Below, piece by piece: positions 20,560-29,112 of a stretch of DNA of 64,000 nucleotides. Each line of letters starts with the position of its first letter. Positions within the stretch are counted from its first letter, which is position 1. Source of the DNA: Promethearchaeota archaeon (lineage in GTDB: Archaea; Asgardarchaeota; Lokiarchaeia; Sigyniarchaeales; SOKP01). The DNA is taken from contig JAUVNS010000016.1 in assembly GCA_030599585.1 (NCBI GenBank), positions 28,607-92,606 of the forward strand, written 5' to 3'. Below the pieces are notes generated by a model, which made no database searches, was not told where the DNA came from, and saw only the letters and a program-made list of their open reading frames with translations. A program made the position numbers and the translations under genes.

Positions 20560-20575
20560 TTTTTAAACCTTTCGG
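20560..20575 (-). promoter_or_regulatory. Canonical BRE-TATA promoter of the TFB paralogue (CCGAAAGG-TTTAAAAA)
   Basis: Purine-rich BRE directly 5' of a TATA box on the reverse strand. Confidence 0.65.
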
Positions 20576-20979
20576 TTGCTAAAAAAATTTCACAAAAGGT
20601 GGAGTTTATAAACATAAAATGAAATTTTTACAAAACTATAAGATACTAAACATTGTTCACTACAGATTTGTAAAAAAAAATTGTGACGTGATCGCCTCCA
20701 CGATCTGAATCCGAGAGAAGCTCGGTTGGACTGAGTCAGTCAAAATAAGGGTAAGTTTCTCAACCGAATTTTTCTTAAAATCAATATTTTTCTTGTTTGG
20801 TTATGCGATAAAAAGATACACTTTTTGATCAAAGTTCGTTTGTGAAACTTTTTTACTTTTTATTGCACTTTGATCTCTTTTTTTGAAATGATCTTTTTAA
20901 ATCCCACGGATTTTTCCAAAAAATTTTTTACAATTTTTTTTCCTCCTGAAATTTTTTTTTAGATTAATTTTTTCTTTAT

Positions 20980-21774
20980 ATGCTTCCTTTGCGTGACCTA
21001 ATTATAATCATGATAATGTTATATATTTGGTTTTTCGCCTTGTTAGCTGCCTCCAGCGCAATTCGAGCCCTCTACGGGTTAGCACATACGCCCGGATACA
21101 AGTTGTTTTTTAACTTGATAGCCTTTGTTGGAGTGTTCGTTCACGAAGTAGCGCACTATATTGTGTCGCTCATTGTAGGTGGGAATCCCGGTAAAATTCG
21201 GGTGAAATATCGAAGTGAGGATAAAACGAGAATATCCCCTCACGGATCGGTCGGCAATCCGGAATTCAAAAGGCAATCGGTCCTACAAGCGTTCAGTATA
21301 AGTTTTGCCCCTCTTTTGGTGTCCACTTTACTGTTTATGTTTTGCTTAGACGTCGTCTTTCACATCCAAACCGATCTATGGGTAAAAGTAGTTGCTGTAG
21401 TTTTTGGCGTATCGTTAGTGTTTGGCTTAAAACCTTCGGGACAAGACGCGAAAATAGTCGGCTACGCGTATCAAAACGACCCTCGTTATTCGATGTATCA
21501 GATATTTCTCCTAGTATTATCGGGAGTGATTATTTGGTTATTTGTAGATTTATATTTTATCATGCTACCGTTTGAGGTAATGTATTACGCCGAATATATA
21601 TTAATTCTAGTCGTATTTTACTTCGGACTAAAAGGTTTGTTTTGGTTAGCAGGTAGAATTATAGGTAGCGTAGCTAAAAAATTGGGAAAAGCTCAAGTAT
21701 CGAGCCCTAAATTCCTTACCCGAAGAAGAAGGTTTAAATACGTAAAAGACCCTAACGAAAGAGAGGTGCAATAA
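20980..21774 (+). CDS. M50-family (site-2-protease-like) membrane metallopeptidase; likely start 21010
   Basis: HEVAH in a TM segment, SFAPL, PSGQD; promoter motif at 20968-20982. Confidence 0.7.
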   Translation: MLPLRDLIIIMIMLYIWFFALLAASSAIRALYGLAHTPGYKLFFNLIAFVGVFVHEVAHYIVSLIVGGNPGKIRVKYRSEDKTRISPHGSVGNPEFKRQSVLQAFSISFAPLLVSTLLFMFCLDVVFHIQTDLWVKVVAVVFGVSLVFGLKPSGQDAKIVGYAYQNDPRYSMYQIFLLVLSGVIIWLFVDLYFIMLPFEVMYYAEYILILVVFYFGLKGLFWLAGRIIGSVAKKLGKAQVSSPKFLTRRRRFKYVKDPNEREVQ

Positions 21775-21780
21775 TAAAAT

Positions 21781-22125
21781 ATGAAAGGATTTTGTTTAAT
21801 CGCGATAATAGTCACAATGCTGATGTTTTACCAGAGAGAACCTATCTACACGGTAATTATAATCGGTATCGGTTTAGTATTGTATATCGTTTACAAAGCA
21901 AGGAAAGGGGGTAACGGAATGATCGGAGCTTTTTTCAGTGGGAATCAATCGCGTCAAGACAACAGGTTGGACGATTTAATTGCTCTGATGATGCTCCAAC
22001 AACTCTCTTCGACCAACTCTCAGAGCATGGGGGCGTCTGAGCAAATTTCCGAACAAGCTCGAAAACGACGGGAAGCAATCGAAAAGACGCAAAAAGAAAC
22101 CTTAGATTTACTGGGCGGTGACTGA
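21781..22125 (+). CDS. Small two-TM membrane protein with coiled-coil tail
   Basis: Lies in an operon between the M50 and RadB-like genes (6-nt and 2-nt gaps). Confidence 0.7.
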   Translation: MKGFCLIAIIVTMLMFYQREPIYTVIIIGIGLVLYIVYKARKGGNGMIGAFFSGNQSRQDNRLDDLIALMMLQQLSSTNSQSMGASEQISEQARKRREAIEKTQKETLDLLGGD

Positions 22126-22127
22126 AA

Positions 22128-22832
22128 TTGGATACCTTTGACATAGCTTCCTTACTAAATTTGCTAAAAGAATGTAGAATCGTTTCGATCTCGGGAGAAT
22201 CAGGCACCGGAAAAACTACCTTAGCTTTACAGTTGGTCGCTTCTGCGTTAACTCAAAAGGGCGGGAGCGAGAACCAAGCTTTATGGGTCCAAGCCAGCGA
22301 ACAATTTCCTAAAAAACGTCTTCAAGTACTTTTTAAAAATTCTCACGATAGCTATAAAGCCCTCCTAAAAAGAATTTTTGTACATCCAGGAACGAATCCT
22401 TTTTTGGATTATCAAACCCAATCTATCTTTTTTGCGAACTTAATATCTGTAATTTTACCGTTTAACACTAAATACATCGTAATTGATAACATATCCCACT
22501 ACCTAAGGTTTGCTGCTTCGTGTTGCTCCGATGTAAAGCAAAAGATGGCGCTCTTAGACGCTTTTTTTAGCTCACAACTATTTCCTCTTATAATGCGGTG
22601 TCTAAGGGAAGAGATCGTTCTTGTGTTAATACACGAAGTCTCTTTCGACCCTGCGCTAGGAAAAAACCAACCATTTTTTAACAAGTTATACTCGAGGATC
22701 AACAGCGTAAACGTGAGCTTGTCAAAACCGTTCGGCTCTAAAGTCAAATTGATGGAACTTGCCTCGCGGGACGAGTTAATTTCGAAAGGCGTAAGATACA
22801 TGATCAAAAACAAAGGAATTTCTATAATTTAA
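22128..22832 (+). CDS. RadB/Rad51-paralogue RecA-fold ATPase
   Basis: SISGESGTGKTT, SEQFPKKRL, YIVIDNIS; lacks the N-terminal HhH domain. Confidence 0.8.
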   Translation: MDTFDIASLLNLLKECRIVSISGESGTGKTTLALQLVASALTQKGGSENQALWVQASEQFPKKRLQVLFKNSHDSYKALLKRIFVHPGTNPFLDYQTQSIFFANLISVILPFNTKYIVIDNISHYLRFAASCCSDVKQKMALLDAFFSSQLFPLIMRCLREEIVLVLIHEVSFDPALGKNQPFFNKLYSRINSVNVSLSKPFGSKVKLMELASRDELISKGVRYMIKNKGISII

Positions 22833-22878
22833 GAGTAAATCGCTATATAAAGCAAAAATTTCGCCTTCTTATTTTTTC

Positions 22879-22892
22879 TTTTCCTTTAAATA
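22879..22892 (+). promoter_or_regulatory. Non-canonical promoter TTTTCC-TTTAAATA
   Basis: 21-22 nt upstream of ATG 22914. Confidence 0.7.
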
Positions 22893-22913
22893 GTTCTACG
22901 TAGTATCTAGTGC

Positions 22914-23288
22914 ATGATCAACTCGACTAATTCTAAAATTTCTCGGGGGATTAAATGTTCCATCTGTCGATCCGGGATTAAAGACCTCAGAACAATGTAT
23001 CAATCAAGGCTAAAATTAGGAGTAATCTGTAAAACTTGTCGGAAACATTTCTCTGAAGACGATATCGAGATGATCGTGAACTTATTTTTTGCGTTTGGAG
23101 GATATTTCGGACAGTTCGATAAATCCGACTTTTCTATGGACGAAGCAATCTTCGAATTTGCAGAAAAGCTATCCGCGGGAGATTCTACTTTTCACGCCCA
23201 GAACGTGAAGATGTGGCACAAAATACTAACTTACGGCATCACACCTAAAGAGTTTTTGGAAGAGTTGTCTGTTTTTGCTAACCAGTAA
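22914..23288 (+). CDS. Zinc-finger protein (CxxC..CxxC, FGGYFG); paralogue of 40360..40740
   Basis: CSIC..CKTC..FFAFGGYFGQ..HK..TYGITP. Confidence 0.75.
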   Translation: MINSTNSKISRGIKCSICRSGIKDLRTMYQSRLKLGVICKTCRKHFSEDDIEMIVNLFFAFGGYFGQFDKSDFSMDEAIFEFAEKLSAGDSTFHAQNVKMWHKILTYGITPKEFLEELSVFANQ

Positions 23289-23413
23289 TTTTGAATTAAT
23301 CGTTCCTGCTTATTATGCAAAAGTTTTTCACAATATTTGATCTGATTTAAATATTTAGGTACATAATAAGTCTTAAAATTCAAAAGACGAATAAATTACA
23401 CAAAAATTAGTAT

Positions 23414-23689
23414 ATGGAAGTAAGCATTATGGATTGGGAGAAATATATTAAAGATTTTGTAACTTATACGGAACATACTAAAAGTGTATCGGTCCTTGAA
23501 ATTGATGAAGGAGGAGAAATAAATAAAGTAGATGTTTTGGATGAAAAGGTTGAAGATATAGGAAAAAAATATTTTACTTGTTTATTATGCAATAAAAGGA
23601 TTAAAGATTCCACAGAAAGTAGTTTATTCCAAATATTTACTGCAAAGAAGATTAAACTTCATTTTGAAAAAAATCATCTTCAAACTTAA
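23414..23689 (+). CDS. Small C2H2-like zinc-binding protein
   Basis: CLLC...HFEKNH. Confidence 0.55.
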   Translation: MEVSIMDWEKYIKDFVTYTEHTKSVSVLEIDEGGEINKVDVLDEKVEDIGKKYFTCLLCNKRIKDSTESSLFQIFTAKKIKLHFEKNHLQT

Positions 23690-23709
23690 CAATTAAAAAC
23701 TCTCTTTTT

Positions 23710-23722
23710 TTTTCTTTAAATA
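23710..23722 (+). promoter_or_regulatory. Non-canonical promoter of radA, TTTTC-TTTAAATA
   Basis: 35 nt upstream of ATG 23758. Confidence 0.65.
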
Positions 23723-23757
23723 AAATCGTTTGTATACAAGTTTAATTCAAATTACAC

Positions 23758-25051
23758 ATGAGAGATGATAACAAAAAAATTATGTCAGACTTAGACCAAG
23801 TAAAATCGATCAACGCCCGACAGATCAAACTCCTTCAAGAAAGCGGGATTAGCACGGCTGAAGCGCTTGCAATGTCCCCACACAACATCATATCAGAGAT
23901 CGACGGATTAGGCGGTAAAACGGCGAAAAAATTAATTTGGAACGCGAGAAACGCCCTTGGAATGACAGAATTCACGACTGCTTACGATATCGACGAGAAT
24001 ACGGAGTATATTACCACCGGTTCTTCTGAACTAAACAGGATTTTAGGCGGTGGGTTCCAAACGGGTAAACTTACCGAAGTATACGGTCCTTTCAAAAGCG
24101 GGAAGACGAATTTGGCCCATACCATTGCGGTAACCATCCAACTTCCAAAGAAAAAAGGAGGTTTGAACTCGGCTGTTGCTTACATTGACACGGAAAACAC
24201 GTTTGCTAAGGAAAAAATCAAAAGAATCGCCAAGAGATTTGGACTCGATCCAAAAAAAGTACTGTCCCAAATATTTCACGCCAGAATATATTCTTCAGAC
24301 CACCAGATGCAAATGATTCAGAAGGCAGAAACCCTATGCAAGACGAGGAACGTGCGACTTATCGTGGTAGATAGCTTAATGGCTTTAATGAGAGTTGAAT
24401 ACATAGGAATTGGAATGCTCGCTCGTCGTCAAGGAGTTCTCAACAACATGATACACGGGCTTTCTCGAATTGCAGAGACTTACAATTGCGCTATTTTACT
24501 TACCAATCAAGTATCGACCAAAATGATGGGTATGTTTTCAGGAAACGACGCCATAGGGGGAAATAGTGACGAGATATTTCGTCAGTCACTTCTAAATAGT
24601 AGCCCATGGTTGCCACTTCCGTGTCATGTTTAAAACAAAAGGATTTTCAGCAAATAACTCTTTGAAGCGAAGAGCAGTGATAGTAGACGCGCCCGACTTA
24701 CCACCAGACGAAGCTGAGTTCTATATTACAGCCGTAGGTATTGCTGACACAGAAAAAGGAGAAGTTCCGGAAGCGAAAGGGTTGGACTTCGAAGTAGAAG
24801 CGTTGTACGAGGAAGAGCAAGTTGTAGAAGAAGTGTCTATTGAAGAAAGTACCGATTCAGGAGAGTATTCATTAATAGACGTAAAAGGGATAGGAGCCGG
24901 AATGGCAAAAAACCTCATTAAAAACGGAGTTACTTCGGTTGACGCCTTGATTGAATCCGATCCCGAACAACTTGCCTCCAAAATTAGCGGTATCTCCTCT
25001 AAAATGATAAATGATTGGCAAACAAACGCGATTGCTCTTATAAACGCCTAA
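23758..25051 (+). CDS. radA: RadA recombinase, join(23758..24564,24596..25051), 420 aa after removal of the 31-nt intron; carries an extra C-terminal HhH domain
   Basis: N-terminal HhH, GPFKSGKT, IDTENTF, LIVVDS, TNQV. Removing 24565-24595 gives AIGGN|IVAHGCHFRVMFK..RRAVIVDAPDLPPDEAEFYIT..GI, the continuous RadA/Rad51 C-terminus. Confidence 0.9.
24565..24595 (+). other. Candidate bulge-helix-bulge (BHB/BHL) mRNA intron, 31 nt
   Basis: GGAA(24559-62):UUCU(24590-93) 4-bp helix; bulge AU^A(24563-65); bulge/loop AA^A(24594-96); intron stem GUGAC:GUCAC; the cuts restore the frame and the IGGNIVAH motif. Confidence 0.8.
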
Positions 25052-25090
25052 ATTTCTTTTTTTTTATTTTATTTTTTGCTTTTTTTTTAC
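25052..25090 (+). terminator. Oligo-T terminator after radA
   Basis: Multiple T-runs immediately after the stop codon. Confidence 0.55.
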
Positions 25091-25188
25091 CTTGTGATTC
25101 AAGCTAAAAAAATAATTTTGAATTTGATGGGCTTAGAATAATTTTTGATTTTATTGAGTGGTTTAAAGAAAGAGTGTTAGAATTTGGT

Positions 25189-25413
25189 CTACCCTAATTT
25201 ATCCTCTGTCATGTTGTGCGTTTTCCAGAGCTTCACGTAGTTTTTAAAAAGATCGTGCGAGAGACCAATGGAGTTAATAACACTCGTATCTTTTTTCAAA
25301 GGTAATATTTTTTTGGCCTTCTTTTTTTTAAAGGTCTGTTCCCAGTCAAAATACGATCCTGGTTTTTCCATACAAAACGAATATAAATTTGAACTATTAA
25401 GCGGAAAGACCAT
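25189..25413 (-). CDS. Small hypothetical protein
   Basis: 74 aa ORF 24 nt downstream of the second M50 gene. Confidence 0.45.
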   Translation of the reverse strand: MVFPLNSSNLYSFCMEKPGSYFDWEQTFKKKKAKKILPLKKDTSVINSIGLSHDLFKNYVKLWKTHNMTEDKLG

Positions 25414-25437
25414 TTTAGTTTAGAAATTTTTCCCGAT

Positions 25438-26319
25438 TTACCTTAATTGCATCAGAGGAAATATTGTCGAGGTTACGTCGGACAGGTCGGGAATATATCT
25501 CTTAACGAAATTCTTGACACGAAAAACGATCTTTATGGTTAAAAAGAACCACAGACAAAAATACACGGCGTAATAAAACAACACGCAAAAATTTGTTAAC
25601 CAGAGGCCGTCGACTTGCGGAAGATACCGTAAAAAAATCCACGGATCGCCAAATTCTTGAAAAACGCCGTTATGCCAGTAAATTGCCTCACCAAGTATGT
25701 ATCGACCGATTTGGGCGTAAATAGGAACGAACACCTCGAGTTTCATCTTTTTTTTTCTATAGATTACAATCGCTAAGATCAACCCGAAGATCGTAGATCC
25801 CAATGCTCCAGCTAGGGAAACAAAAGACCTTCTATAATCGGGGGGTAAAGAATAATATTCTACTAGTCCGCCTCCAAAGGGGTAGATAGTAATACTGTGA
25901 ACTTGACCGCCGTACGCAGCAGCGGTTATTGCGTGGCTTATCTCGTGAACAAAGGTAAAAATATATGGTAAGGAAAAATATAGAACGATTCCTAACCAAA
26001 ACCCAAGCAAACCTTTCGCGTAAAAGACGTTTTCGTAAGACCAAATTTTCTTAGATTTTATAACTTGCTTATTTTCTCCAACAAAAGTTATTGTTAATTG
26101 CTGGTTCGTCGCGTAAAAAGTTCTAATTTTGGCGTGAAGACTAATTTTGGTAGAAAGTAGTTTGAAAAAACAATAGAAGCCGAGATTTAGCCCCACGACG
26201 CTTAAAAAGAGCGTAATCTGCGCGATTCCTAATTGGTCGTAGAATCGCGTAAGAACGCTGAGAATTAAGTTAGCAAAGGCGAAATACAAAATAATTTTCT
26301 TTTTCTTTTTCGATACCAT
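25438..26319 (-). CDS. M50B-like membrane metallopeptidase
   Basis: FVHEISHA, GGG, VSLAG, GDP; multiple TMs. Confidence 0.8.
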   Translation of the reverse strand: MVSKKKKKIILYFAFANLILSVLTRFYDQLGIAQITLFLSVVGLNLGFYCFFKLLSTKISLHAKIRTFYATNQQLTITFVGENKQVIKSKKIWSYENVFYAKGLLGFWLGIVLYFSLPYIFTFVHEISHAITAAAYGGQVHSITIYPFGGGLVEYYSLPPDYRRSFVSLAGALGSTIFGLILAIVIYRKKKMKLEVFVPIYAQIGRYILGEAIYWHNGVFQEFGDPWIFLRYLPQVDGLWLTNFCVLFYYAVYFCLWFFLTIKIVFRVKNFVKRYIPDLSDVTSTIFPLMQLR

Positions 26320-26396
26320 TACAAATAACGTAACTCGGATAAATTATTTAAACAAAAAAATGTAGAGCTTAAAAAAAAAAGAAGTTAAAGGTAGAA

Positions 26397-26684
26397 TTAC
26401 TGAACGATTACTTGGTTCCCAGTTTGTTTCTGAGCGTTCGCTTCGTATTTTCGAATAAACCACGCTGGTTGGAAGCGGTATATGTAAAGGTTAATAGAGC
26501 CCACTATGCTCCCCGCGATCACCAAGAATAACGAAAGCAACCCAAGGTTCAAAAAATTAAACGTGAACGCGAAAAAAGCTCCAATGGCAGCGACAAAGCT
26601 AACTATTCCCCAAACTAAGTTAAGTTTTACCACGCTTTCTTTTGAAATAACTATTTTTTCTACTTGGTCTAAAATTATCACCAA
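26397..26684 (-). CDS. Small two-TM membrane protein
   Basis: Hydrophobic hairpin; promoter motif at 26703-26718. Confidence 0.6.
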   Translation of the reverse strand: MVIILDQVEKIVISKESVVKLNLVWGIVSFVAAIGAFFAFTFNFLNLGLLSLFLVIAGSIVGSINLYIYRFQPAWFIRKYEANAQKQTGNQVIVQ

Positions 26685-26888
26685 ACATTAGACTTCAGCC
26701 ATGTTTAAAAAGAAAAAAGATTAAAAAAAAACTTGGAGAAGAGGTATAACTAATGCTAAGAAGTTTTTAACCGCATTTTTCTTTATTTTTCCTCCTATTT
26801 TTATTTTATAATCAGGTGAGAATTTATCTGTAGTATTCACCTTACACGATTATAACTTTATAAAGAACAAATAAAAAAAAATAAAAAT

Positions 26889-27923
26889 TTAAGGGGGTGG
26901 CAAACTGACCGAGTCTTTTCTACGCCTGAGCACTCCAAAGACTATTAAAACACATATTAACGCCCCAGAAGCGATTCCAAATCCTAGTGTCCACTCCATC
27001 GGCATGTAGAAATATCCGCTTACCGTTTCGTTTTTTGGTGGCTCGGGCTCTGGCTCAGTTCCGTTGTTTACGGTACTAATCTGATAATCTTCTGCTATGG
27101 CGTATGCAACGTTTACCACCTCAACTTGACAACGAATTCGAATTTTTACCGTGTATATTCCTTCTATAGCGGTTCCGAAATCGAAACGCAACACCGTTCC
27201 CACGCTTCCCATGGTTTCGTTTTGGTAGATCGTAAATTCAATCTCGCCGGGATCAGTCACGTCGTAATCTACCCTCACTTCGTTGTCAACGGTTAGCCCA
27301 CCAATAGCAGAAACTCGTCCGATGTAGAACTTGTAGGACGTATCGGTTTTAAACGCTGTGTTATGCTCGACCACCATCTCGTTGGTGAACTTGTTTACTT
27401 GGTAGAGTTTCAATCGTTCCAAAAATTTGGGGGCTATTATGTCGTATAAACACTTATCTTCTGTATCGAACGATATTTTTACGTGTAAGTTCAAGTTAAG
27501 CTCACATTCAACTGAAATAATAAAGCTGTAATTGCCCTCAATCGCAGTTCCGAACGGAATTTCGAACCAATCGTCGCCTTGAGAAATGTTCACTTCCGTC
27601 TTAAACACTTCGTATACATCTAAAACCGGATCGATAATAGTGACGTTGATTTCGCTATTGTGAGGGGTTACGATCTCAAGTAAGATGTAATAATTAATTT
27701 TTTCAAACAAGTAAAAGTCGTCGAATCGCAAAGTATCGAAAGGCGCCAAAAAGGTAAACACTTTATCTACTAGATTTTCTTCGGAACTCGTCTTTAAGTT
27801 GTTAGTTTGTTGATCTATATTTCCTAAGCCGGTGCGAGGATAAGTAGACAACGTTCCAAAAACGATTAAGCAGATAACGAGCGCAATAATTATTAATGGT
27901 TTTCTACGAGAGTTAATAACCAT
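26889..27923 (-). CDS. Secreted membrane-anchored beta-rich protein
   Basis: Signal/TM, duplicated FGTAIEG motif, EPEPEP linker, C-terminal TM plus RRRK. Confidence 0.75.
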   Translation of the reverse strand: MVINSRRKPLIIIALVICLIVFGTLSTYPRTGLGNIDQQTNNLKTSSEENLVDKVFTFLAPFDTLRFDDFYLFEKINYYILLEIVTPHNSEINVTIIDPVLDVYEVFKTEVNISQGDDWFEIPFGTAIEGNYSFIISVECELNLNLHVKISFDTEDKCLYDIIAPKFLERLKLYQVNKFTNEMVVEHNTAFKTDTSYKFYIGRVSAIGGLTVDNEVRVDYDVTDPGEIEFTIYQNETMGSVGTVLRFDFGTAIEGIYTVKIRIRCQVEVVNVAYAIAEDYQISTVNNGTEPEPEPPKNETVSGYFYMPMEWTLGFGIASGALICVLIVFGVLRRRKDSVSLPPP

Positions 27924-28230
27924 ACACCTGCAATTCTTTGAATTCAGAAACGAGAATCTTAACGTTTGAACACCTATCGAAATCGATACAAGTAAAGCAC
28001 GGTTGGTCCGACCAAAAATACGCCGGCTGATTTGTCCTCTCCACGATTAAAAGCGGAAACTTACCTTTTGGGCATTCTAACGCAGAATTGCTAATCGTCC
28101 CCCTCTTTGGAAGCGGATAGGAAGTCCCACACGCATCGCACTTTACGAACCGTTTGTAATTTTTTGTTTTGTACATCATCAAAGAGCATTGACAGGACGG
28201 ACAAGTACCTATTTCTTGAATCTGTCTCAT
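27913..28230 (-). CDS. Topoisomerase-type C4 zinc-ribbon protein (stand-alone)
   Basis: IGTCPSC..LM...RFVKCDAC..SYPLPKRG. Confidence 0.75.
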   Translation of the reverse strand: MRQIQEIGTCPSCQCSLMMYKTKNYKRFVKCDACGTSYPLPKRGTISNSALECPKGKFPLLIVERTNQPAYFWSDQPCFTCIDFDRCSNVKILVSEFKELQVYGY

Positions 28231-28670
28231 AAAATTTCATACACCTAAAATATACTTTTACCTAGTTGCACGCGTATTTACTTATAAAGAAAAAAATAAA
28301 CGGTCGACAAAAATCAGAAATTAGGGAATTTTTTTTGAAGGGTTGGGATTTACTTCCTGACCTTTCTTTTTTTTTTTTTATTTATATTGAGAATTGAAAT
28401 GAAAAAAATTCTGACTATTTCTAAACCTCTTTTAACTTAAAAATTACTAAAACCTTTAAATTACTGTCGGAGGTACCACTAATATTAAAAACCTTATAAT
28501 TGGGGTTTTCTTCCTTAAATTCCTTTATTTTTCTGTTTACTTTTTTTATAGTAACTTTTATTATTTTATATTCTTCTTTATCCATACTATTTTCTTCTTA
28601 TTTTTTTTATTTAAAAGTAACGAAAATGGTAGGATTGTATTATGAGCTTAGAGAATGACGAGATGTAAAG

Positions 28671-29051
28671 ATGGCAGGAAACGATCATAAAGTTGATACA
28701 AAAGAATATATCGCCAATTATATCGAACAGAAGGTAAGAGATTTGCTTGAATACGACATGAACGAATACCAAACCCCCGCGTGGGTACAAGCTGCCGAAT
28801 TATTTAACGAAATTGTGGTTCCTTGTGAAAGTTATTATTCAGAAGGGTTTTATACTTTAGGAATCGATATCGTGAAGAAAGCAGAAAACCACGGGTTTCA
28901 AGTAGCGTATCAAAGAATCCCTGGAACCTACAACGCGAAATTAATCTCAAAAGAAGATGATTCAGACGCTAAAATTGATAACTTCGACTACTCAAAAACT
29001 ATTAATTCGATTAAAGCGTGGCTAACAAAAAATAAGGAACGGTTTTCGTAG
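28671..29051 (+). CDS. Hypothetical protein
   Basis: 126 aa ORF with ATG. Confidence 0.65.
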   Translation: MAGNDHKVDTKEYIANYIEQKVRDLLEYDMNEYQTPAWVQAAELFNEIVVPCESYYSEGFYTLGIDIVKKAENHGFQVAYQRIPGTYNAKLISKEDDSDAKIDNFDYSKTINSIKAWLTKNKERFS

Positions 29052-29112
29052 TTTTTCCTTTAAATATATAAACTTCCCTATCTTCAATTAGTATTGTAGG
29101 TGAACTAAAAAA

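Noticed and set aside
24561-24600. radA break as a transposon footprint (AAATAGT direct repeat) or a simple frameshift/sequencing error
   Set aside because: The repeats are 33 nt apart, so excising between them does not restore the frame. A 1-nt indel or ribosomal frameshift would leave about 10 foreign residues inside the conserved IGGN-IVAH motif. Only the 31-nt BHB-defined excision restores it.
23758-25051. Intein in RadA
   Set aside because: The insert is 31 nt and out of frame, with no intein motifs
24626-25051. Independent 141-aa gene
   Set aside because: Its N-terminal half is the missing C-terminus of the RadA ATPase core, and homology extends upstream of its ATG
23758-25051. Calling this RadA a Dmc1/meiotic orthologue
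   Set aside because: Cannot be supported without phylogeny; only paralogue-like features are visible
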